Shown here: one piece after another, positions 8,282 through 17,749 of the stretch
Position numbering within the stretch: the stretch's first letter is position 1
Layout of the letters: each line of letters begins with the position of its first letter
Assembly (NCBI GenBank): GCA_963822445.1
Contig: CAWGHO010000001.1
Location: 1,504,001 to 1,568,000, forward strand
Direction of reading: 5' to 3'
DNA: 64,000 nt
Source of the DNA: an uncultured Acidobacteriota bacterium
GTDB taxonomy: Bacteria > Acidobacteriota > Thermoanaerobaculia > Gp7-AA8
Notes under the pieces: generated by a model
What the model saw: the letters and a program-made list of their open reading frames with translations, nothing else
Database searches by the model: none
Told to the model about the DNA's origin: nothing
Position numbers and translations under genes: made by a program

Positions 8282-9772
8282 GCTCGTCACGCTTGCGATA
8301 GAGCGTCTTGCGATCCACGCCCAGGATTTTGGCCGCCTTCGACATGATTGCCCTTGGTGAAGGCCAGCACTCGCATGATGTAGCGCGCTTCCAGCTCGTC
8401 GAGCGTCGGAAGGTCGCCGGAGAGCTCGCGCTCGTCCGCGCCGGCCGCCGATTCGGGAAGGAGGAGGTCGCCAGGATCGATGACCGGGTCGGTCGTCAGA
8501 GCCAGGGCGCCTTCGATCTGGTTCTCCAGCTCGCGGACGTTGCCGGGGAAGGCGTAGCGCATCAGCTTCTGCAGCGCCTCCTGCGTGATCCGCACGTCGC
8601 TGCAGCCCCTCGCGCTTGCCGTACTTGTCGAGGAAGTAGCGGACCAGCTTGGGGATGTCTTCCTTCCGCTCGCGAAGCGGTGGCAGCACGATCTCGACGA
8701 CTTTGAGACGGTAGTAGAGGTCCTGGCGGAACTCGCCGCGCTCGTTCATCTCCTCGAGATTGCGGTGCGTCGCGGAGAGGATGCGCACGTCGACGGGGAT
8801 CCGGCGCCGGCCGCCGAGCTTCTCGATCTCCCGCTCCTGCAGAACGCGCAGGAGCTTGGCCTGCAGGGTGAGAGGGATGTCGCCGATCTCGTCGAGGAAG
8901 ATCGTCCCGCCCTTGGCCAGCTCGAACTTGCCGGGCCGGGCTTCGACGCCCGTGGCGACGCCGCGCTCGATACCGAACAGCTCGGACTCGAGCAGCGTCT
9001 CCGGAAGTGCCGCGCAGTTGATGGCCACGAACGGACCGTCTTTCCGCGGCGAGTTGCCGTGAATGAGGCGCGCCACCATTTCCTTGCCCGTCCCCGACTC
9101 GCCACGAATGAGCACGCTGGCCTGGGAGTCGGCGACGCGGGCAACGAGGTCGATCACCCGCTGCATCTTCGGCGAGTCGCCGACCATCAGCCGGTCGGAG
9201 TACTCGCGCAGCATCCGCTGCTTCAGAGCGCGGTTCTCGTCCTCGAGCGTCTCGCGCACGAGATCGAGCTTGTGGAAGCGGCGGGTGTTGTCGATCGCCG
9301 CACCGCCGATGGAGGCGATGGATTCGAGAAAGCGAAGATCGTCGTCGACGAAGCTGCCGCCTTTCGTCGCGCCGCGCACTTCCTTGCCGCCGACGCCGAT
9401 CACGCCCGACGATGGCATCGCCGGCGATCATCGGCGCGATCAGGAGATCGCCACCCGGCCCGCCGAGGAACTTGGAGACGGTGACCATCATCGGCTCGCG
9501 CGAGGCGATGACCTGCTTGATCGGCGGCTCGGATGAGAAACGACTCCGCCGACCGCCGTCTCCAGACCGAACGTGAACAAGGTCTGCACGTGAAGCTTGT
9601 CGTCGACGGAGAAGACGAACCCGCTCATGGCATCGAGCACTGCCACCGCCCGGTGCATCAGCTCCTCGAGCAGATCATCCTCGGGGCGAAGCGTGTTCAG
9701 CGCGCGGCCGACGTCGTAGAGCGCCTCGAGCTGGAGGAGCTTGCTTCGTAATTCGAACTGGCTTTGTGCCAT
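8238..9772 (-). CDS. GAF-AAA+-HTH sigma54-type enhancer-binding protein (several frameshifts, probably sequencing errors)
   Basis: The pieces join as [11 protein letters not shown]... [51 protein letters not shown] and [24 protein letters not shown]. Confidence 0.85.
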
Positions 9773-9781
9773 GGTCTTCGA

Positions 9782-9854
9782 AGTCGCAGAGTCGTCGAAA
9801 GTCTGCAGAGTCTCAGACGAGGGCGTCTTTGCAGACTTTGACGACTCTGCGACT
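9782..9854. repeat. Hairpin built from the same AGTCGCAG-type unit, upstream of the bEBP start
   Basis: AGTCGCAGAGTCGTCGAAAGTCTGCAGAG pairs with CTTTGCAGACTTTGACGACTCTGCGACT. Confidence 0.7.
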
Positions 9855-9860
9855 ATGCGG

Positions 9861-10205
9861 CTATTTCCCGAGCGCCTTCCTGACACTCCCCGAGCAGAAA
9901 ATCCCCGTTCCAGGCCTGGTAAAACGCCTGATCGAGCGCGTAGATTCTGATCAGGAGGGCTGAGGCTTCGTCGTAACGGCCTGTTTTCATCAGCGTGCGG
10001 GCCAGGAAGTAGAGCGAGCGGATCGTTTGCGCGTCCTGCTCCTCGCGCTCGGCGATCCGGCGGAAGCCGGTCTCGGCCTCGCCGAAGTTGCGGCGCTGGT
10101 ACGCGCAGAGAGCCGCTCGTAGTCGCCTTCGAGGTTGCAGGTCGTCGGCGGTGGGCCGCGAGCGCAGTTGTCGGCGAGGAGTGCGAGAATGAGCGCCAGT
10201 CGCAT
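9861..10205 (-). CDS. Small exported TPR protein (frameshifted)
   Basis: Signal MRLALILALLA; an alternate frame gives AYQRRNFGEAETGFRRI...SLYFLARTLMKTGRYDEASALL (TPR helices). Confidence 0.6.
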
Positions 10206-10217
10206 GCGACGTTCATT

Positions 10218-10970
10218 ATGCGCTTAGGTATCGTCGGGGGCGGCAGGGCCGCGTGGGCGTTCGGCTCGGCGTGGAAGCGCATCGGCTGGCCGCTGTCGGG
10301 CCTCTGGCTGCGCGATGAGTCCCGCAGCCGCATCACCGAGCTGCTCGAAACGCCGCGCCTCGACATCGATGATCTGGCTCGCGACTCCGAGCTGCTCCTG
10401 GTTGCGGTCAGCGATCGCGCCATCCCCGAGGTTGCGGCTTCGATTCCGGAGAGCGAGGCGCTGATCTTCCACGCCAGCGGGGCCATGCTCAGCGTCCGCG
10501 GCGGATTTGCCCTTCATCCACTGAAATCACTGCCGCCGGTCGGCGAGCCTTCCGATCTCGAGGACACGCTGCTCGTCTTCGAAGGCGAGCATCGCCGCAC
10601 GGCGAAGCTTATTGCCGCCGCGGTCGGCGCCCGATTCGCCGAGGTTTCCGCGGAACAGAAAGCGCTGTACCACGCCGCGGCGGTGTTCGGATCGAACTAC
10701 GTCGCGGCGATGCTCGACATCAGCGAGCGTCTGCTGCGCCGCGCCGGCATCGAGGACGCGCGGGAGACGCTGGTCGCCCTCGCGCATTCGGCGATCGCGA
10801 ACTGGCGCCATCACACCGACGAGAAGCGCTTCACCGGTCCGGCGGCGCGAGGCGATGCCGAAGTCATGCAGCGCCACATCGCCGCTTTGCGCGATGATCC
10901 GCGGCTGCGAGAGGTCTACGAACTGCTCGCCGCCGAGATCGCCGGTTCAAAGCTTGCTAACCCAAAGTAA
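10218..10970 (+). CDS. Rossmann-like + DUF2520 domain oxidoreductase (PanG-like)
   Basis: GIVGGGRAA, LVAVSD, FHASGA, LHPL, LYHAAAVFGSNY and TGPAARGD. Confidence 0.85.
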   Translation: MRLGIVGGGRAAWAFGSAWKRIGWPLSGLWLRDESRSRITELLETPRLDIDDLARDSELLLVAVSDRAIPEVAASIPESEALIFHASGAMLSVRGGFALHPLKSLPPVGEPSDLEDTLLVFEGEHRRTAKLIAAAVGARFAEVSAEQKALYHAAAVFGSNYVAAMLDISERLLRRAGIEDARETLVALAHSAIANWRHHTDEKRFTGPAARGDAEVMQRHIAALRDDPRLREVYELLAAEIAGSKLANPK

Positions 10971-11016
10971 AGGCCGGTGGTGCTAGCATCACAAGCCCGT
11001 TCGAGAGCCTAAGTCG

Positions 11017-12390
11017 ATGGTCTTCTTCAATTACGCAACGATGCAGATGGCCGCGAAGATCGTTTACTACGGTCCGGGCCTGTGCGGGAAGACGACCAAT
11101 CTCCACCACATCTACACGAAGACCTCGCCGCAGAGCCGCGGGGAGATGGTCAGCCTGGAGACCGAAACCGACCGCACTCTCTTCTTCGATCTTCTCCCAA
11201 TCGACGTCGGCGTGATCGGCGGCTTCAAGACCCGCCTGCAGCTCTACACCGTCCCCGGCCAGGTCTTCTACAACACCACCCGCAAGCTGGTGCTCAAGGG
11301 CGTCGACGGGATCGTGTTCGTGGCCGATTCCCAGGCGGCGATGCTCGACGCCAACGTCGACAGCCTCAAAAATCTGCGCGAGAACCTGGCCGAGATCGGC
11401 CTCGATCTCGACGACATCCCGGTCGTGCTGCAGTTCAACAAGCGCGATCTGCCGAACGTCGCCGACCCCCAGACCATGCTCAATGCTCTCGATCCCGACC
11501 GCCGCTTCGAGCATGTCGAGGCGGTGGCGTACACCGGCATCGGAGTCTTCGAGACCCTCAAGCTGATCTCGAAACTCACCCTCCGCCAGCTTCGCCGGCG
11601 GATGACCGGCGACGACGCGGTGAAGTCAGCCTCGCCGCAGCAACGCGGCTTGGGGGCGCACTTCCGCGTGCGCGATGAGCCCGAGGTTTCCTCGCGGACG
11701 ATCGCGGCGGACACGCCTGTACCCGCGGTCAGGGCGAAGACGAGCACGAACCCGATTCCGGCGTACGGCGGCACCGCCACCGCTTCCACGGTCACGACGC
11801 CCGAGGCGCAGCCGATCGAGAGCCTCCCGCCGGCGGACATCATCGAGGAAGCCACGGAGGTCGTCCCCGACCTCGATCGGCACATCATTGCCGACGCGCC
11901 GGTACCCGAAGCACCGCCCGAAATCGAAGAACCGGAGCCGGAGATCGCGCCGGAACCGATCGAAGAGCCGCCAACAATCGAGGACGTTCCGCCGCCCCCG
12001 CCCGCCGAGCCGGAAATCGACTTCGGCCAGACCGCGCAGCCCCAGAAAGCCCAGCCCGAGGTAAAGACAGTCAAAGTCCGCTCCTCCGTCGACGTCATGG
12101 CCGAGTTGGAAGCTCTGCGCAAACGGGCTACGAACGTCACGCCCAAGGCAGCCCGGCGCGACATCATGGCTGACCTCGAAAGCCTCCGCCCCAAACGCGA
12201 CATCCAGCGCACCCTCCACCTGTCGGTCCCCTCCGACGTGCTCCCTCGCACGAAGAGCGTTCGGGTTACACTTTCCTTCGAAGATGGTGACCAGGGGGTC
12301 ATTCAGAGCCAGGACCAGACGGTGGACCTGGCCGACACCTCCGACGTCCAGAGTCTTTCGGTCAACCTGAAAATCGACTTAGCCCAATAG
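11017..12390 (+). CDS. MglA-like small GTPase with long Pro/Glu-rich linker and C-terminal domain
   Basis: KIVYYGPGLCGKTTNL, ETDRTLFFD, LYTVPGQV and NKRDL, then about 260 extra aa. Confidence 0.88.
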   Translation: MVFFNYATMQMAAKIVYYGPGLCGKTTNLHHIYTKTSPQSRGEMVSLETETDRTLFFDLLPIDVGVIGGFKTRLQLYTVPGQVFYNTTRKLVLKGVDGIVFVADSQAAMLDANVDSLKNLRENLAEIGLDLDDIPVVLQFNKRDLPNVADPQTMLNALDPDRRFEHVEAVAYTGIGVFETLKLISKLTLRQLRRRMTGDDAVKSASPQQRGLGAHFRVRDEPEVSSRTIAADTPVPAVRAKTSTNPIPAYGGTATASTVTTPEAQPIESLPPADIIEEATEVVPDLDRHIIADAPVPEAPPEIEEPEPEIAPEPIEEPPTIEDVPPPPPAEPEIDFGQTAQPQKAQPEVKTVKVRSSVDVMAELEALRKRATNVTPKAARRDIMADLESLRPKRDIQRTLHLSVPSDVLPRTKSVRVTLSFEDGDQGVIQSQDQTVDLADTSDVQSLSVNLKIDLAQ

Positions 12391-12421
12391 CTGTCGCGGC
12401 TGGGAAGCGAGGGGGTGCGCG

Positions 12422-13798
12422 ATGCGCAACACATTTCTGTTGATGACGACGGCGTTGTTCGCGGTTGCCTGTGCGAGCTCGTCCGTTGCGCCACAACCCG
12501 TCCCCGCGGCATCGGCCGTCGCCGCCGCGGAGGATGTCCATGCCGCCGAGTTCCGCAAGGAGCTCGAAGAGGCCTACACCCACATCCTGGCCCGCGTCGA
12601 CACGAAGGCCGTTCCCGTCGATGCCCCGGTCGTCGACATCGAGGCCGCCGCGTCGATCCCGATCCCCCAGCACCGGACCATTGATTCCGCAGTCCGTCTG
12701 TTCAGCGGCGACATGAAGGACAGCATCCAGACCTCGCTGATCCGTTCCGGCCGCTACAAAGAGCTGATCGACAAGGCCCTCGCCGAGCACCAGCTGCCGA
12801 AAGGGCTGGCCTATCTGCCGGTCATCGAGAGCGCGTATCTCCCCAATCTCACCTCGCGCGTCGGCGCGCACGGCATCTGGCAGTTCATGCCCGACACCGC
12901 CCGCGAGTACGGCCTGCGCGTCGACTGGTGGGTCGATGAGCGCGCGGATCCGGAGCGCTCCACCCGGGCCGCGGCGCAGTACCTCAAGGACCTCCACCGG
13001 ATGTTCGACGACTGGGCGCTGGCTCTCGCGGCGTACAACTGCGGTCCCGGCCGCGTGCGCCGCAAGCTCGCCGAGACCGGCGCGTCGACGTTCTGGGAGC
13101 TGCTCGAACAGAGCGCACTGCCGAAGGAAACCCGCGGTTACGTCCCGACGTTTTTCGCGACGCTGCTCATCGCCAGCGATCCGGCCACGTACGGCTTCGA
13201 GCTCGGCGAGGCGGTCGAGTTCGATCACAAGCGCGTCGAAGTTCGCGGCCCCGTCTCCCTGGCCTACATCGCCGAGACCACCGGTGTCGACGAGGACGTA
13301 CTCCGCGAGCTGAACCCCGCGTTCCGCCGCGCCGTCGTCCCGCCTGGCCGGGCTACGGTTCGCGTACCCGCGAAAGCAGCGGAAACGCTCGCCGCCGTCG
13401 CCGACTCGATCCGCGACGAAGACGCGCGGATGAAGGTCTGCACGTTCAAGCTGCGCAGCGGCGACAACCTCAAGAGCCTTGCCCGCGCCATCGGCACCAA
13501 GCCGGAAACAATCCTGGCCATGAACAACCTCGACGCGAATGACACCGTTCGCGCCGGCGAGACGATCTACCTCCCCGTCCGCGCCCGCGAGCTCGGCGCC
13601 CTCCTCGCCCACAGCAACGACAGCGATTACTTCTACGCCGTCCGCAAAGGCGACACGCTCTACTCGATCGCCAAGAAAAACGGGCTGACTGTCAGCGAGC
13701 TCCGCGAACTGAATGAACTGGGTGCCGGCGTGAAATTGCGGACCGGGATGAGGTTGCGGGTTGCCGCGCCGCGCACTGCTGCTGCCGGCGGCATGTAG
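12422..13798 (+). CDS. MltD-like lytic transglycosylase lipoprotein with LysM domains
   Basis: Lipobox AVAC; LPVIES, GIWQFM, AAYNCG and ETRGYV; C-terminal LysM repeats. Confidence 0.92.
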   Translation: MRNTFLLMTTALFAVACASSSVAPQPVPAASAVAAAEDVHAAEFRKELEEAYTHILARVDTKAVPVDAPVVDIEAAASIPIPQHRTIDSAVRLFSGDMKDSIQTSLIRSGRYKELIDKALAEHQLPKGLAYLPVIESAYLPNLTSRVGAHGIWQFMPDTAREYGLRVDWWVDERADPERSTRAAAQYLKDLHRMFDDWALALAAYNCGPGRVRRKLAETGASTFWELLEQSALPKETRGYVPTFFATLLIASDPATYGFELGEAVEFDHKRVEVRGPVSLAYIAETTGVDEDVLRELNPAFRRAVVPPGRATVRVPAKAAETLAAVADSIRDEDARMKVCTFKLRSGDNLKSLARAIGTKPETILAMNNLDANDTVRAGETIYLPVRARELGALLAHSNDSDYFYAVRKGDTLYSIAKKNGLTVSELRELNELGAGVKLRTGMRLRVAAPRTAAAGGM

Positions 13799-13886
13799 TC
13801 GTTACGGGGTTCCGAGGTTACGGGGTTACGAGGGAGTTCCCCACCCGTAACCCCGCAACCCCGTAACCTCGTAACCCCGCAACTAC
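13795..13886. repeat. Inverted array of 8-bp units (GTTACGGG x4 / CCCGTAAC x5)
   Basis: 13801-13832 forward and 13844-13883 reverse, bounded by GTAG...CTAC. Confidence 0.8.
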
Positions 13887-13907
13887 CTGTGCTAGTTTCC
13901 CCCTCCC

Positions 13908-16668
13908 ATGCCCGAAAGCAGCTCCGACTACAAAAAAACCCTCAACCTCCCGCAAACGACGTTTGCGATGAAGGCCAACCTGCCGCAGAACGAGCCCAAG
14001 CGGCTCGAGCAGTGGCGGGCGATGAATCTCTACGAGCGCATCCGGGAAAAGTCCGCCGGGCGGCCGAAGTTCATCCTGCATGACGGACCGCCGTATGCGA
14101 ACGGGCGGATTCACATCGGCCACGCCCTGAACAAGACCCTCAAGGACATCGTCGTGAAGTCGCGGACGATGCTCGGCTTCGACTCCCCCTACATCCCGGG
14201 CTGGGATTGCCATGGCCTGCCCATCGAGCACGCCGTCAACAAGGAGCTCGGCTCGAAGCGCAACGAAATGTCCTCTGCCGACATCCGCCGCGCCTGCCGT
14301 CAATTCGCTGCGAAATACATCGACGTCCAGCGCGAGGACTTCATCCGCCTCGGCGTCTTCGGCGACTGGGACCATCCCTACACCACGATGTCCTTCGATT
14401 ACGAAGCCGACATCGCCGATGCGCTGGGGCGGTTCTTCGAGACCGGCGCGGTTTACAAAGGCCTCAAACCGGTGCACTGGTGCACGTACGACCAGAGCGC
14501 GCTCGCCGAAGCGGAGGTCGAGTATCGCGATCACACCTCGCCGTCGATCTACGTCCGCTTCCGCATGCAGGAAGAAGCGATCAAAGAGCTCGACCTGCCG
14601 ATCGAGAAGCCGCTTTACGCCGTCATCTGGACGACGACGCCCTGGACATTGCCCGCGAACCTGGCCATCGCCGTCAAACCGGAGTTCGAATACGCGATCG
14701 TCGAGCACGACGGTGAGAACTACATCCTGGCCAGTGAGCTCGTCGCGCAGGTCGCGCCGAAGTTCGGCTGGACCGATTACAAAGTCGGGAAGCTTTACAA
14801 AGGCGCGGCGCTCGAGCATCTCCGCTACACGCATCCCTTCATCGAGCGCGAAGGCTTCATCGTTACCGGCGACTACGTGACCCTCGACGCCGGCACGGGC
14901 CTCGTCCACACCGCACCGGGCCACGGCGCGGACGACTTCGCGACCGGCCGCCGCTACGAGCTCGAGATCTACACGCCCGTCAATCACCGCGGCGAGTTCA
15001 CCCAGGACGTTCCGTTCTGGGCGGGCACGCACGTGTTCAAAGCGAATCCGAAAATCGTCGAGCACCTGCAGCGAGACCGGCGCGCTCGTACACAGCGAGC
15101 AGATCACCCACTCCTATCCGCATTGCTGGCGGTGCAAGAACCCGATCATCTTCCGCGGCACGGAGCAGTGGTTCATCTCCATGGACCAGAACGATCTGCG
15201 CCGGCACGCCCTCGAAGAGATCGACAAAGTGCAGTGGGTGCCGGCCTGGGGCCGCGACCGCATCTACGGCATGATCGAGAACCGCCCCGACTGGGTCATC
15301 TCCCGGCAGCGTTTGTGGGGCGTGCCGATCACCGTTCTGTATTGCGAGCAGTGCACCGAGCCGGTGACGTCGCCGGAGCTCTTCGCCAACGTCAGCAAGT
15401 ATTTTCGTGAAGAAGGCGCCGACGCCTGGTACGAGCGGCCGACGACCGACTTTCACAACGAGCCTTGCACCAAGTGCGGCGCCACGGCGTATCGCAAGGA
15501 AACGGACATCCTCGACGTCTGGTTCGACTCCGGTTGCTCGCACCTCGCCGTCCTCAAACGCCGCGAAGAGCTGGAATGGCCGACCGACGTCTACCTCGAA
15601 GGCCACGATCAACACCGCGGCTGGTTCCACTCGTCACTGCTCGTTGGAACCGGCATCGAGAAGGGTGCGCCGTATCGCGCGGTCGTGACCTGCGGCTTCA
15701 TCCTCAACGAGTCGGGCGACAAGATGTCGAAGTCGAAAGGCGATGCCCTCTCGCCGCAGGACGTGATCAAGCAGAGCGGCGCGGACATCCTCCGGCTCTG
15801 GGTCTCAGTCAGCGACTACACCGACGACATCCCCTTCGGGCCGCAAATCCTCACCCGAGCCAGCGATGGCTACCGCAAGATCCGCAACACCGCGCGCTAC
15901 CTGCTCGCCAATCTCAGCGATTTCGATCCGGCGAAGGACGCGCTTCCAAACGAGGAGCTGCTTCCCATCGATCGCTGGATCCTCGACCGCGCCACCCGTG
16001 CCGTCGATCGCTGCCGGCAGGCCTACGAGGAGTACGAATTTCACGTCGTCTACCACCGAATTCTCGAGCTCTGCACGGTCGATCTGTCGTCGATCTACCT
16101 CGATGCCTCGAAGGACACGATGTATTGCGACGCACCGGCCTCGCGCGAGCGCCGTAGCGCGCAGACGGCGATGTATCACGTGCTCCGCGGCATCACCGCG
16201 GCCATCGCGCCCATCCTCACCTTCACCGCCGACGAGATCTACGAGGCGATGCCCGGCGAGAAGGAAGCGTCGGTGCATCTGACGGAGATCCCGAAGCTGA
16301 ACGCGACGATCTCCGCGGAAGACGCAGGTGCCTGGACCCGGCTCCTTGCGTTGCGCGACTCGGTCATGGCCGTGCTCGAGCCGGCGCGCGCGGCGAAGGA
16401 GATCGGTCAGTCGCTCGAAGCGGACGTCACGCTGAATGAAGACGTGGACTGGGTTCCGAAAGGCGTCGACCTGGCCAAGCTCTTCATCGTGTCGCACGTC
16501 GATGTGGTGAACGACGCCGCAACGGCTGTTTCGTGGACGAAAGCGCGCGGACGGAAATGCGGCCGCTGCTGGCAATACCGCGAAGAAGTCGCGGTCGAAG
16601 GCGATCTTTGCGCGCGCTGCCAGAAAGTCGTCGACGAGCTCGCGCCCGCCGAAATGCCGACCGCGTAG
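13908..16668 (+). CDS. ileS: Isoleucine--tRNA ligase (single-base frameshift near 15070)
   Basis: [46 protein letters not shown] and C-terminal CGRCW..CARC. Confidence 0.95.
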
Positions 16669-16712
16669 CAATCGCGTCTGTTACATTAGCCATTCAAGAA
16701 GGAGAAACGAAA

Positions 16713-16916
16713 ATGGCTATCAAAACCAAAGCGATCAAGAAGGCTGCGGGCAAAGCGTACGACGACGCAAAGGAAGCTGCAGGATCCGCGGTGAAGTCGG
16801 TGAAGAAAGCAGCCAAACCGAAAGTGAAAGCGGTCAAGAAAGCGGTGAAGAGCGCCACCAAGGACGCTTTGAAGGCGACCGCGAAAACCCTGAAGAAGGC
16901 AGCAAAGAAACTCTAG
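16713..16916 (+). CDS. Small Lys/Ala-rich basic protein (histone H1-like or LEA-like)
   Basis: RBS AAGGAG; 67 aa with 22 Lys and KKAAK repeats. Confidence 0.75.
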   Translation: MAIKTKAIKKAAGKAYDDAKEAAGSAVKSVKKAAKPKVKAVKKAVKSATKDALKATAKTLKKAAKKL

Positions 16917-16917
16917 T

Positions 16918-17733
16918 TTGCGCTTCGCCGACCTCCATACCCATACCTACCATTCGGACGGAACGCGCGCACCGAAAGAGGTCGTCGACGTCGCGCGCGC
17001 TCACGGCATCACCATCCTCTGTATCAGCGACCACGACAACCTCGCCGCGTACTTCGAGATCAAGAAGTACGCGGACGAGGTTGGGGTGTTGCTCGTCCCC
17101 GGCATGGAGCTCTCCTGCGAATACGAGGGCATCGACATCCATGTCCTCGCCTACGCCTTCGACGCGAATGACGAGCGCATCGCCGATCGCCTGCGCGGGT
17201 TTCGCGAGACCCGCCAGCACCGCGGCGCGATCATCGTCGACCGCCTCCGAGCCCTCGGCTACAACATCTCCCTGACGCGCGTCGAAGAGCTCGCGGCCGG
17301 TGGCTCGCTCGGTCGCCCTCACGTCGCCCGCGCGCTGGTCGAGGCGCGCTACGTGAAGTCGGTGTCCGAGGCGTTCGATAAATTGCTCGGAACCGGGAAG
17401 CCCGGATATGTCGAAAAAGAGCGCTTCCGCATCGCTGAGGCGGTCACGCTGATTCGCGCGGCCGGCGGAGTCACGTCGATCGCCCATCCGACGTTGTATC
17501 CGAATCACGAGACGATCGTCCCGCTGCTGCTCGATGCCGGAATCGACGCCGTCGAAACGATCCATCCCGACGTCGATCCGCTCAATCGCGAGAAGTACAC
17601 GAACCTCGTCCGCTTCCGCGGCAAATTCGCCACCGGCGGCTCCGACGACCACGGCGCGGTGAAGAAGGTCGAGACCCTCGGCACGATTCGTGTTCCAGAG
17701 ACGATGATCCAGCCCTTGTTGGACCGTCTCTAA
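16918..17733 (+). CDS. PHP-domain phosphoesterase (YciV/RNase AM-like)
   Basis: DLHTHT.HSDG, SDHD, GRPHVA, IAHP and TGGSDDHG. Confidence 0.9.
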   Translation: MRFADLHTHTYHSDGTRAPKEVVDVARAHGITILCISDHDNLAAYFEIKKYADEVGVLLVPGMELSCEYEGIDIHVLAYAFDANDERIADRLRGFRETRQHRGAIIVDRLRALGYNISLTRVEELAAGGSLGRPHVARALVEARYVKSVSEAFDKLLGTGKPGYVEKERFRIAEAVTLIRAAGGVTSIAHPTLYPNHETIVPLLLDAGIDAVETIHPDVDPLNREKYTNLVRFRGKFATGGSDDHGAVKKVETLGTIRVPETMIQPLLDRL

Positions 17734-17749
17734 CGTCGGATCGTCTCTG

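Noticed and set aside
9488-10486. 332-aa ORF
   Set aside because: Its first 238 codons are antisense or off-frame; only the part from 9772 belongs to the bEBP.
13801-13883. CRISPR array
   Set aside because: The units are 8 bp without unique spacers, and there are no cas genes in the window.
15040-15100. Programmed frameshift or split ileS
   Set aside because: There is no slippery sequence, and the same one-base-insertion pattern recurs in many unrelated genes.
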